From assembly GCA_043228905.1 (NCBI GenBank), contig JBHGNT010000007.1, positions 12,772,001 through 12,836,000 of the forward strand: a DNA stretch of 64,000 nucleotides, read 5' to 3'. Of the stretch, positions 26,701 to 37,899 are shown piece by piece. Both the position numbers and the translations under genes were made by a program. Every line of letters begins with the position of its first letter. The first letter of the stretch is position 1. The notes beneath the pieces were generated by a model. It saw only the letters and a list, made by a program, of their open reading frames with translations, was not told the origin of the DNA and did not search any database. Origin of the DNA: Azolla caroliniana (taxonomy: Eukaryota; Plantae; Polypodiophyta).

Positions 26701-27288
26701 CATATGTTGTACCCAACTACAGAACCATGTTCTTTATGAAAGGTGAAACCGCACACGTCAATACATGCTAGAGCCCATCCCATTGTCTGCCATTCGAACC
26801 ATTGCTTTCATGCAATGTGGCTCACACTCATTATGGTGTGCAACAAGGCAGTGGAGTAAAACTGATGAGAATAATCGACTATGTACACTTTGCCCTAAAC
26901 AAGTTCGGGAATCCGAGTAACAATGCTCTGCCTTTGATCATAGTCACAATGTCCACTCTTGATTGCGACATTCATCAGTAAAGTTCTTGAACATTAAGAG
27001 ACATGAATCACTTGCACATGTACTATGTGAAAATGTAATATTTTTGGTCTCATAGGTCATATTTGACCTTCGAAGATGATAAATAAAATCAATATATCTA
27101 TCTATCTACCTATCTTTTGTGATCTCTTGTTTGGTTTATAGGCCATTTTGGCCTCTTAAAAGACATTAGTATGCCTTTCTATCCCTCTCTCATTCACTCA
27201 TTTGCTCATTCACAAATCACAATTAATTTTGTTAGCATAGAATCTGAATCCCTGTAAATTCATTCCATGTATTCAATGATCTCTGTAT

Positions 27289-27337
<49 letters not shown>

Positions 27338-29598
27338 TTGAAAAGAAAAAATGTTAACATTTGAGGAATTTTTATTATGTGGAGTGCTCATCAGAATTAA
27401 AACCTATTGTCTGTGTTGATTTGATGTTTTATGCTACCACAGGCTTTTATATGAATTCTTAACCTCTTCAAGCCAGTATCTGTATTCTCTTTAAGTGCAT
27501 TTCTGCTATGCATTTTGTAGTATGCATTTGGACTTTCTTGGAGGCAATTTGCAATAAGGTTGTTTTTTAATAACCATTTGCTACATTCAGGGACAGAAAT
27601 GGCCCAGTTGATTTGTGGTGGTTGCCATACTCTGCTTATGTACGTACGTGGTGCTACAAGCGTGCATTGCTCATGCTGCCATACTATCAATCTTGCAATG
27701 GAAGGTTTTATTTTCTCAAATTTAATAATTCAGTTTAATCTGTATTGAGATATTATATGATATATAGGAACTTCTGAGTGGAATGTGCAGTATCTTATTA
27801 CAGCTAAGTGATGAAATTGCTGATTGTATTCTGTCCTCTTTTCCAGCCAACCAAATGGCTCATATTACTTGTGGGGGCTGCTTTGCCACTTTAATGTATC
27901 CATCTGGTGCTCCATCAGTAAAATGTGCTGTTTGTCAGTTTCTCAACGCAACTGGGGTATGTTCTTTTTCCTTTATTCTTTTTCTGTCAATGACTTCAAT
28001 TATTGTTATGATTTCATCATTTAGGTTCATTGCGTAAGCAGTTTGATGATAAGAACACAAATGATATTTGATCTACAGTCGTATATGATGTTGGCTCATG
28101 AAGATTAATAATGATTAATCTTCCATCAGAAAGAAATTGATTAATAATGTTAATTCCACCAGAAAGAAGTTGACTTCTTTGGACAAACTGGGTTTCTGTT
28201 ATATGAAACCATCTTCGAGACATTTACCACAGAACTCATTAAATCGACTCTGTTATGAACTGAAATATATTTTCTTCATCATTTTCTTTGATGTGATTGT
28301 ATTTGTGCAATTGATACATCACTCATGGTATTCCACCTCAGCATCATCTACCTCAGAAGACTAATTATCTTCTGCCTTGAACCTCCAATGCTCCCAGAGG
28401 GTGGAAACCCTCTGTTTATGTGCCATAGCATCTTCTACAGATTGATTTTGTTGTTTCGGTTTTATATTCTTTCCTCTGGGTATCTCCTTTTTCTTTTGCA
28501 TGTTTCTAATCTCAAATTGTTTCTTCATCTTCGGCCACTTGTGCAACTGGAACTCCATATTAACTCCATACTACGAATGTTGCTCCATGGGAACTTCACT
28601 CCCAATTAAATTCTGAAACAAAACAATCTCGGTCAATAGTTAATATATAGGATAAATCCTCATTGTTTACACCAAACCATAACTCTAAGGCTAAATGAAT
28701 AAATAGTACTAAAACCTATTTTAACTGCTAAACATGTTTGCAATCCTAGAAGCAATGCAGTCTTAGAAGGCTTCTAGAAAATATCAAAGATTTTGCAGAC
28801 AAATTGTGGGTGAGTATTGAAACAAATATGACATTCATAGGTTCCATTTAAGATTTAACTTACGAAAATCCAAGATAAGACTGGATTTGTTAATGATTTT
28901 ATCTCATTCTAGTTTAATGCTTTTCACAATTGGTTAACTTTACCATCTGTGATTGTTTGTTTAAATAAGATTATCATACTAATAAACATTAAAATGGCAT
29001 ACAGCATCAATTTGTTGTCTCTTGAGTTAATGCCATATTTTATAATACCTTATTAGACTTGTATATCTGGGTAGAGGCCATGCCCTTTTTATTATTTTAG
29101 GTTTTAATGTGGCTTTCACATTTTCCTGTATTTTTGCATCAAATAATTTTTACTGATTTCAGGCTGGGAGTACAAGAGTGGCCCCTTCTGTGCAGCGTGT
29201 TCCTTTAAATACCTCATCTTCACAACCACCTTCTCAACAGGTTCACTGAATTTTACATTAATCTATTGTTAGATCACATCGAAATAGAGCTACAATAAAC
29301 CTTAGTAATTTTGGATCACATGGAATTCAAAGAGTGTTTGAGTTTGAATAAACACAGCCTATTGTTATCTGATTCTGGCCTGATGATGCATGCAGCCTCC
29401 ATTTCATGCACAAACAGTAATCGTGGAAAATCCAATGACGTTGGACGAGAGTGGGAATCTGGTAATATAATTTAAATTCAGTTTGTTGTTATTGAAAGCA
29501 TTTTGCAGCGAACAGAATTTCATTAATACAAATAGAAATTTGACGGCCATCTTCAGGTAAGCAATGTTGCAGTTGGAGTAACAACCGAAAGGAAGTGA
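11760..29598 (+). CDS. LSD1/LOL1-family zinc-finger protein, 207 aa; exons 11760-11859, 13519-13632, 27591-27704, 27847-27956, 29163-29240, 29396-29461, 29557-29598
   Basis: All introns are GT-AG and phase-consistent (624 nt). Three zf-LSD1 fingers: [67 protein letters not shown]-terminal [28 protein letters not shown]-rich 5' leader at about 11530-11759. Confidence 0.93.
13980..15600 (-). mobile_element. old degenerate RTE-type LINE fragment in intron 2 (limits approximate)
   Basis: Minus strand at about 14375-14440 reads [18 protein letters not shown], homologous to [17 protein letters not shown] of the younger RTE. Confidence 0.65.
16125..18188 (-). mobile_element. RTE-type LINE, 3' half (RT core to 3' tail)
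   Basis: [27 protein letters not shown] and C-terminal CxxC...ESEEH...C. The 3' end is followed by a (TCTTT)n tail. Confidence 0.9.
18182..23541 (-). mobile_element. Copia element #2 with inverted 3' part (18182-19486 on + strand)
   Basis: LTR 23069-23541 and PBS 23057-23068. gag/PR/INT/RT on minus strand down to 19487. RT-RNase H on plus strand 18182-19466. No 3' LTR. Confidence 0.92.
23542..25839 (-). mobile_element. Copia element #3, deleted (LTR remnant, gag, protease, RT)
   Basis: LTR start TGTTGAC at 25839 with 24-26-bp tandem repeats. gag [10 protein letters not shown]; protease WYFDNGAT; integrase deleted at about 24500; RT YVDDM. Cut by the Copia #2 LTR at 23541. Confidence 0.85.
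25611..25656 (+). repeat. plant telomeric-type repeat (TTTAGGG)5 plus TTAGGG
   Basis: Read directly from the sequence. Confidence 0.95.
26270..26640. repeat. degenerate tandem repeats (TTGGAAAATGGGATGCAACAC / GTTGGATGCAAGAT units)
   Basis: Several imperfect copies of these motifs. Confidence 0.7.
27040..27195 (+). mobile_element. two tandem RTE 3'-end remnants
   Basis: Match the reverse complement of the RTE 3' end at about 16130-16193. Followed by TCTA/TC-rich tails. Confidence 0.65.
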
Positions 29599-31649
29599 AA
29601 AGATTCAAAGAATTAAAGACTTGGTAAGGATGCAGAGGTTTATCTATATATTATGATGGTACTTCTCAAAAGCTAAAACAGCATTCCATGCCGTCTTTTG
29701 GTTTTTGCTTCTCATATAAGATAGATCGTCAACAGCATTATTGTTTGTGGATATATGACTTGGATAACAATATATATTTACACTAACATTCTGTAATTTC
29801 TATGTGTTTGCTGTTATCTATACATTATTTTTGTAAATAAGCCAGAATAACAAGGTATTCTTGAGTCAATAATTCATTGCAGTTCAGTTATTGAACACAA
29901 ACAATTGTTGACTTAACAATTCGCTGCAGTATATGTTTATGTTTTTCAATATATTTTATACTTGTAATGAATTTTTTATATCTTTAATACAAGGGAAACA
30001 GTGCAAATTTTATTATTCAGATATTTCAATAGGTGAAGTTATTTACAGGTGTATGGGGAACACCAAAATGGTGGAAGATATATATATATACTGATTAGTT
30101 TTTGAAGTTCGAAAGTGATCTTGTTGTGTATACTATAATTTAGTTAAGGAACTTTGGAAAATGCAGAGTTTTTGTTATTGCCTCCAGCAGTCAAAAGTTT
30201 TGTTATTTCTTGCTTACTTTAATTCCCCCTTTTCTTTTCCTTCACCCAAGCGTCCCTAAATTCGCATCAATTCAATTCATCCCCCCTTTCTCCCAGCTAC
30301 ATGTGCTAATTTGGGCAATGATGTGTTGCAAATGATCCCCTTTTTTTCTCTTTCCATGCTTTCACCAGGGACATATGGGGAAATAAAAGAAAAAATGGGA
30401 GGTATTATGGAATTTTTCATCTAGGTGAACACTCAGTGCTAGCACTGCCGTGTGGTTCACATTCATTATTCTGTAATTAAAATGATAATGTAGGCACTCT
30501 TTGGAGCTGAGGCATTTGAGATCATCAATATTGAAAACTGCAAATTCCAATTGAAGTACACAGTTGCCTATCTCTGAACTAGTACCATCTTCAGTATTAT
30601 TGGTTCGTCAATAGAATCTTTTGTGAAATACATCAAAGATGGTTTCTAACATATATTGTGCCAAGCTTTTGCAACCTTTCAATGGTCCATGGTGGTTCAA
30701 TCTTCTCGAATTTTGTAAGTTATATATTACGGTTAAGGTTGTTATACTTGAGGTTGTTGCACCAAGTAATTTATTTTATCGCATAAAACATTGTTTACAG
30801 AAAGCATATGAGTTCATTCCTGATAGAGAGAACATATATGGTCTTAATTACTGTTTTGCCAGTAAAGTTTGGGAAAACATTTCTTGGCATGTACTTGCTC
30901 CAATTGATGGATATATCTATCTGTTTCCATGTCAGTACTGAGAAAACAGGAGTAAATTGCATCAACTATTTCATGAGCTAAATTTATCATTGTTTAACAT
31001 CTTGATTGATTTGGTCAGAAACACAAATTGATCCAGTAAAGAACACAGTTTTAACCATTCTTTACCAATCGAGTTTAGGAAAACATTTGTCGAAATGTAC
31101 TGCTCTGACTGATGGATATATATATATATGTTTTATGGTGAGTGCATAGTAAATTGAAGTAAATTGTATCATCTGCTGCAGGAGTTTTGATTATTGTATG
31201 CCGGTCTTTCAAGCCAAGAAAACAATCCCCATGAAAATGTTGTGAAAGGCTTTGCATGTTTCTGTGAATGAACATCACTAAAATATCGAAAACCTCAGAT
31301 GTCTCACTCATATTCTTACAAAAGTCAAGTACGTATGAGTAAAGACAGTTTGTGCAGTCATTCATTTCTAACATGTGTATTGGATTTGTCATATAGTTAA
31401 ACATGTACCCATTAGAATTTTCAACACTTGTGTAATTGGAGTTGTATAACCATTAAACTAGACATGTGTATTATTGTTGAAATGAGTACACATGTGCATT
31501 TCCAGACATGTTACTTTCAGATTTCTATTGTATGTCTATATAGTGAATACAGATGGCTCTGAGTGGTGATTGCAATGATGGAATCAAATTGTGCTTGTTT
31601 GTTTCTGACAAGTAGGCCTAAACAATTGGAGCATCTACAACTTTGAAAT

Positions 31650-31905
31650 GCTAATGGTAACAACAATCTTTGAGACGTTCAATTATTGATTTAAATATTA
31701 AAAAGCATAAACAATGCCAAGTGGACACAATGCAATTTGCAAATTAAAATGATATATTTGTATTGTTATTTTTCGAAATGGTGATGTGATGGTAACAACA
31801 ATCTTTGAAATGTTCAATTATTGATTGCGGGTTAAAAAACATAGACGATGCTAAGTGGACACAATACAAGTTGCAAATTAATATGTTATATTTGTATTGT
31901 TATTG
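31650..31905. repeat. about 135-bp imperfect tandem duplication
   Basis: ATGGTAACAACAATCTTTGA...TATTTGTATTGTTATT occurs twice. Confidence 0.85.
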
Positions 31906-33167
31906 ACGGCTTGTTTCATCCTTAACGCTTTTGATCACTCACAATAATAGTCTTGATGAAATAATAAAGAATCATGGACTGATTGATTAGATCTAATATA
32001 TGGAGGCAATGACAAGCCTTGAATATATAATCAATGGATACAATTGGTGTATCTTTTCCTATTCAAACCTATGAGGAAGGAAACCCACAATATCAACTCA
32101 ATTACAACACATTCTGAATAGAAAGTTCAGATCAGAAAGTTGGGAAACCACCAATGCCTTCAAGAGTATCGATCAGGGTCGCCTTCATTACAAATAATGG
32201 ACATATAATAGATACGTTTAGATTATTAACCTAATCTTCTAAAGTAATGTCTAATCAAATTATCACGTACTTGGTACACTTGAAAGTAAGATTTTAAAAT
32301 TAAAGTCCTCCTAATTAATATTAAAATCTAAAGTCCTAATTAATATTATGCTAGCATGCCTGCCCTTTGAATTAAACACTTAAAATTAAGCTTCTCATTT
32401 GACCAAACTAAAGGATTTAAGCTTCTGACTATACGAATTAACAAATGCCCATTCTTTATTTAGAAATACTAAATGCTAATATTTGATGACGAAAAATGCC
32501 AGGATATAAGGGTTTTCTGCTTTAGAAGACACCAAATTTTGGTGCTACATGCCATTAGAATATACATGATCTTTCTTTCTTTCGTTCGTTCTTTCTTTCT
32601 TCAGACAACAAAATATTCACCATCTATACACGCACACACAATAGATCTTCCTGCTCGAGGAACCAAAGGACTGATCATGGTATAAATAACAAATGCTTAA
32701 GAAACTAGACTCCACCGATATGTGGCGAGTAGGTTCTCTTCCATTTTTCATTCAATAAATATGCAAGTCTATAGAACAGCAACAAATAGAGAGCAAAGAA
32801 GCTGGGAAAGAAAATGGATGGATTAGAGAACGAAAATGACGGGGAAGAAATTAAACGAGAAGGGGAGTAAAAGCACATCACATGGAAAACCTCACATGAG
32901 ATGAGAGCTATCTCTCGATAATCGAAAGAGAAACATGAGAACCACGTTATCTACGACGTGAGGCAAAGAAAACAAACAACATATCGAACATGGAAACAAG
33001 ACAGATAAAAACCAAATTACAAAGAAGAGCGCGGGAAGAAACAAGGTTCAAAGAAGCAGACGCAGACGCAGACGCAGACGCAGGAAAGGGAGCCCCAGCA
33101 TCAGGAGAAGAAGAAATAAGGGATGTTCGAAGTTACCCCTTCTCGTGCTGTAGAATCGGCATGTATG

Positions 33168-33287
33168 GGTGGATCGTACAGAGATCGGTTAGAGTAGCAA
33201 GCAAAAGAACAGACTCGAAAGGAGGAAGAGCTGTCTGTCTATGCCACTCTTTGCCTGCAACTCCAACTGATCTATGCTAGATCCACC
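33168..33287 (-). ncRNA. pre-miRNA-like foldback (family not recognised)
   Basis: 120-nt hairpin with arms of about 40 nt. The core duplex of about 24 bp has 2 mismatches and G:U pairs on the minus strand. A CT-rich leader and TA-rich tract lie upstream on that strand. Confidence 0.6.
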
Positions 33288-33531
33288 TTCCATTTCAGGT
33301 TTCTTGTCGGAGAGCAAGGTTCATTCAGCCACAAGATATTTGTGCACTGCAGATGATGTAGAGAGATAATCAAATATATACATACATAGGTCTCCTATAA
33401 TTTAGAGAGACAGCGCACAATCCCTACAGAAGGGAGCGAGGACGGAGAGTCACCTCCTCCCCCATGTATAAGATAAATATAAATATGTATATATAGATAT
33501 ATCTATCATATATATATATATATATATATAT

Positions 33532-33562
<31 letters not shown>

Positions 33563-36374
33563 CATATATATATATTATAGATATACTTTATGTATGTATG
33601 CATATAGAGTGAGGGAGAGAGGGAACGCAAGTTGTGTTTCCCAACATCATCACATTCATATCATTTCCATGCCCATGGAAATACATACATACATTATTAC
33701 ATACATACATACATAGTAGGTCAGGGTCAGGGTCACGGGTCACAGGTCACAGGTCGATCGGCCCATTCGTCTCTCTCACTCCTCCTGTATTATTTGCTCG
33801 TAGATTCATCTTCTTCAAGGTTTTCACCTTTTCCACTGAAACTCCAATGTTTTGAACATGATGATGGTGCTCGATCGCAAATGCTTTGTCTTTATTAGAT
33901 ATTTTCTCCCCCTAGTCATTGGCATGACCCTCGATAACAAAGTGGCTTTATAAATCCCACACGTGAGTTTTTCCCACAACACACCACATGGGTTTTGAAT
34001 ATGGAAATCCGTTGATGATTGTCCTACCTTCCCCCTTGTTCAGAATGATCAATATGTACATATTAGATTGTGCACATTAGGCTCTTAGATAAAAACCATA
34101 TCTACTCCTTATGCTCAAACATCTCCCTAAGGTTACAACAAATATGCGCTTCAGTAATAATGAGATGTACCAATAAAATGATTGTGAAGATCTTTTTAAT
34201 CCAAACTTTATGTAATACTAACCTCTTGAAGCAAGTTTTCTGGCTTCGCATACATCATATTGGACTTCTTGTACCAAAAATGTCAACAATTTTCTTAGAA
34301 AAAGAAATGTTAATAACCTTGATATATAATATATATGGCCAAAAGTACCCAAATATGTTCTGTTCTTACCTTTTATACAACTCCGAACTTCTACATAGAA
34401 ACACAAAGGATCTCTACTTATATTTCAAAAGTTGATACCACAACTCAATTTGGTGCTAATAGACAAACACTAGTGAGAACCAATAACATTGAGTGGAATT
34501 TTTGAGTTATTGATTCGTAAAAGGTAAACACAATGCCTTGATGTTAAAAGTGACACTTTATAGAGGTACTCTTTCTTGGGAAACCTCATTAATTTTTTCC
34601 ATGACATTAATATTATGGAGAAACGAAAAAAGAAACAAATGAGTTCATGCAAAGGTGTGATAGGAATCCATAACAAATGCAATACAATAGGAAAAGGTTA
34701 CACCATAACACCTTACGCTAGTCAGATTACCTTCAATGTGAGGTAGGCTTGTACACCAATGACTATTTCCTATCCATTGTCTTGAAAACTGCATTTTTAA
34801 GGTAAACAAGCATTAATTATACAATTACCTCATCATTTTAAAGGTTGATTTATTACATGTGTTTTGAAGTTGTTGAGGCCCGAGAGCCTAGAGCTAATTA
34901 ATGTTTCTTTTTAGTTTAAAAATTTCTTGGTTGTTGGCTGTTGCAGATGGAGACAATGTCAATAATTGTAAATTGTAATAATAATCCATTCATGTACTCC
35001 ATATGTAAATAGCATATAAGCCTATGAATTTTGGAGAGGGAGGGAGAGCGTATTCTTTATTCATTGAATTATATGCAAATAGTAATCAAATGTGGAGAGA
35101 GAGAGAGAGAGAGAGAGGAGGAGGAGGAGGAGGAGGAATACGAGAGGTACTTAGGATGTTTGTTGGGGTGAAAACATCTTTACATTGTATTCACAACTTG
35201 GTGAAGAAATATGTTGCCAAGGTTAAAACGATTTCTTTTGTGGCAATGTCTATTGTCAGAAAAGTTAATGAATCTTTCACCGAACGAATGCCAATAATGT
35301 AAGGTGACATGTCATCATTGTCGTAATTTGAATTTGGGATGGGATCCTTAGTTTTTGGATTCCAAAGAAATCCAAAGCTCAATGTAAATTAGTCTAGGTG
35401 GGCTGGATCCAAATCCCATTGTAATTTGTCATGGTGATGTTTCTTCTTTTGTAATGAAAACTATTATTGCTTATGGAAAAGAAAGAAAGTGGGAGATGTC
35501 TTCTAAGGGTAACCTAATTGCATAGAAAAAATTGTATCACAATGAAAGATAATTCAAATTTCCAAAATCTAACTAAACTTGTTGAGATCATTTTGAAAAG
35601 AAAAGAAAAACTTTTTTCTTTTCATTAATCATCCCACAATATATATTTCCATAGCATGTCTCATTTTTGTATGCTCATAACTTTCTCAAATGAAGGGAGT
35701 TTCTTACATAAGAATGTCGAAATGTATGGCATGCCTATACTCAAACACGCACTAAAGAGCATATCAACTTGAAAACCTTCATAAATTATTTTATGTACGA
35801 AGAAGGACAAGTATGGTCACCAACATAGAGCATCGGTGATACAAGTGTGAGACATATAGAGAGCACTCATATGGTGAGAACGAAATATAGCTCCTCTCTC
35901 GATTGGGATGTGATAATGGATACAAAAATACATTAGGTAAGATTTCCACAAGGATTGTTGTTTGTGACATGTCCTTTAATTGACATTAAAGTGACCAATA
36001 TAGGAACTTTTTGATCTTATGAATTGAATTTTTATCAAAATAAAAACTATCTCAATGCTTAGGATTTTGTTTTCACCTATTAAAATAAAAGAAATAGTTG
36101 TTTACAAGGATTATTGTTTACTATGTCTTCTATTTTTTTTTTTACGAGGGTGGTTGTTTACAATATATGTCCTCTTGTTTTTTCATGAGGATTGTTGTTT
36201 ACCGTACGCCCTCTAGTTTTCATATCAGTCTTCAGACAGTATAGAAGCTTTCTCCCCCTCATAGGTTTCGATTACTTCATAGGCTTTTAACCCCCTCATA
36301 GGAACATTTTGTGTTGCGTGCATGCACGGCATAATGCAAAACACCACAATAAAAGTGGTGCTTTTAATACTTTG

Positions 36375-36960
36375 AAAGTTTACACATACAACTTATGTAT
36401 TTCAAAATTTCCTCGTGATCTTAAAAGCTTGAATGAAGTAACCACAAATAAAGAAGTTACGTTTAATCCTCGTGTACACTCACGCTATATATGGCTTTTT
36501 AAATCAAGCATTCACGTGGCCTTTATTGGCATGTAGAATCAAGCTACTATATTTTTTGGAATCATGCACTTCAAGTTGCCTTTGTTAACAATTCTTTTAC
36601 TTTGCAATATCATAGTTTTAGATCTTCTCTATTTTGGAAAATATGATGTGCCAATATCATCAGTCCATTATTTGAAGAGCAAACTAGTAGCATGAATGAG
36701 ATCAACCTCAAAATATGAAGAGTTTTTATGACAATTACACGCGTACCATATGTATTTCAAAACCCACATTCTCGTGATCTTCAAACTTGCATAAACAACC
36801 ACCAAATAGGAAGCTATGTTTAAACCTCGTGTGTACTCTAATTGAAATGGCTTTTGGAGTCATGCACTCATGTTGATATGCTCTCATGTTGCCTTTGTTA
36901 GCAATGTTATTGTTTTCAATCCTTTGTATTTCAAAAAATATGGCAAACTCACTATTATCC
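36375..36960. repeat. old imperfect duplication, period about 355 bp
   Basis: TATGTATTTCAAAA...CTCGTGATCTT...CCTCGTGT occurs at about 36390 and 36750. Confidence 0.7.
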
Positions 36961-37899
36961 AACAATTTTTTGACTAGAAAATTAGTCCCTTCAATGAAAT
37001 AAACCTTGAAATTAAAGGGTTTTTATAATGAACAAACATTAAATTGATTAGTAGAGCATTTCGTCCACAACCTTCTTTACTCCACCACACTATCATGATA
37101 TTGTACATATAATTTAAGAATTTAACTAACACAATAATTGTACTCGGCCATGTAATGTCTTGTTAACTCTACCTCAAGGTAATGATATTGTTTTTGACCT
37201 TTGGATTGTAGAAAGTGAATTGTAAAACCACATATTTAGGAGCAAGCTGAAAATGAGAAGATTTTTTTAACATGAACTTAATGTAAATAGTAAGACCCTT
37301 TGCTTGAGAATTGAGCTCTCAACCTCAATGTAGGAAAGCACAGAATGCTTGCATGGGAAGTGATAAATGATAATTTGTGAGAATTAATTGTCGAAATGAT
37401 TAAAGTCCATTACTTAATATATAAATCAATACTTTTATATTATGTTTTCATATGCTCTGCTTAATAAAACTTTCAACGATCTTTATTATCCTTAAAGTTG
37501 TTGTTTTCTAATTTTTTTTCAATACGATAATTAACAAGGCCATGAAGAAAGATAATGTTACTTTAGCTTCATTCCATTTTTCCACACCATAGTATGAAGA
37601 TATGTGCCTCCATTTAACAAACATGTTAGAAATGTAGAAGAATCATGGTAGTCTTTTAATATCTAAAGCAGAAGGCAAAAGATAGAGAAGAGATTCATGA
37701 TGTGGAAACATGGAGTTCTTTAGTGTAAAAAATAAACAACCAATGGACAACATAAAAATAACTTTGATAAACAATAATGTTGGAAATACAACTATGAGAT
37801 AGTTGAGCACTTCTCATATATTTAAATATTTATTAGAAAACACTATGATTATTTGATAATTGCACAAGGTAAAGCAATTTTTTTTTTGACAAAAGCTAA

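Noticed and set aside
16130-27190. Inverted ~60-bp matches at about 16130-16193 and 27118-27190 as TIRs of an 11-kb transposon
   Set aside because: Better explained as independent RTE 3' ends in opposite orientation. Further copies occur at about 27050 and 49935, and no TSD was found.
29551-29562. CAG|GTAAGC as a recursive splice site
   Set aside because: GTAAGC encodes the conserved Val-Ser of the LSD1 C-terminal motif, and the preceding intron is short.
30300-37800. Short ORFs in the AT-rich intergenic region
   Set aside because: No recognisable motifs; consistent with chance ORFs or very old TE debris.
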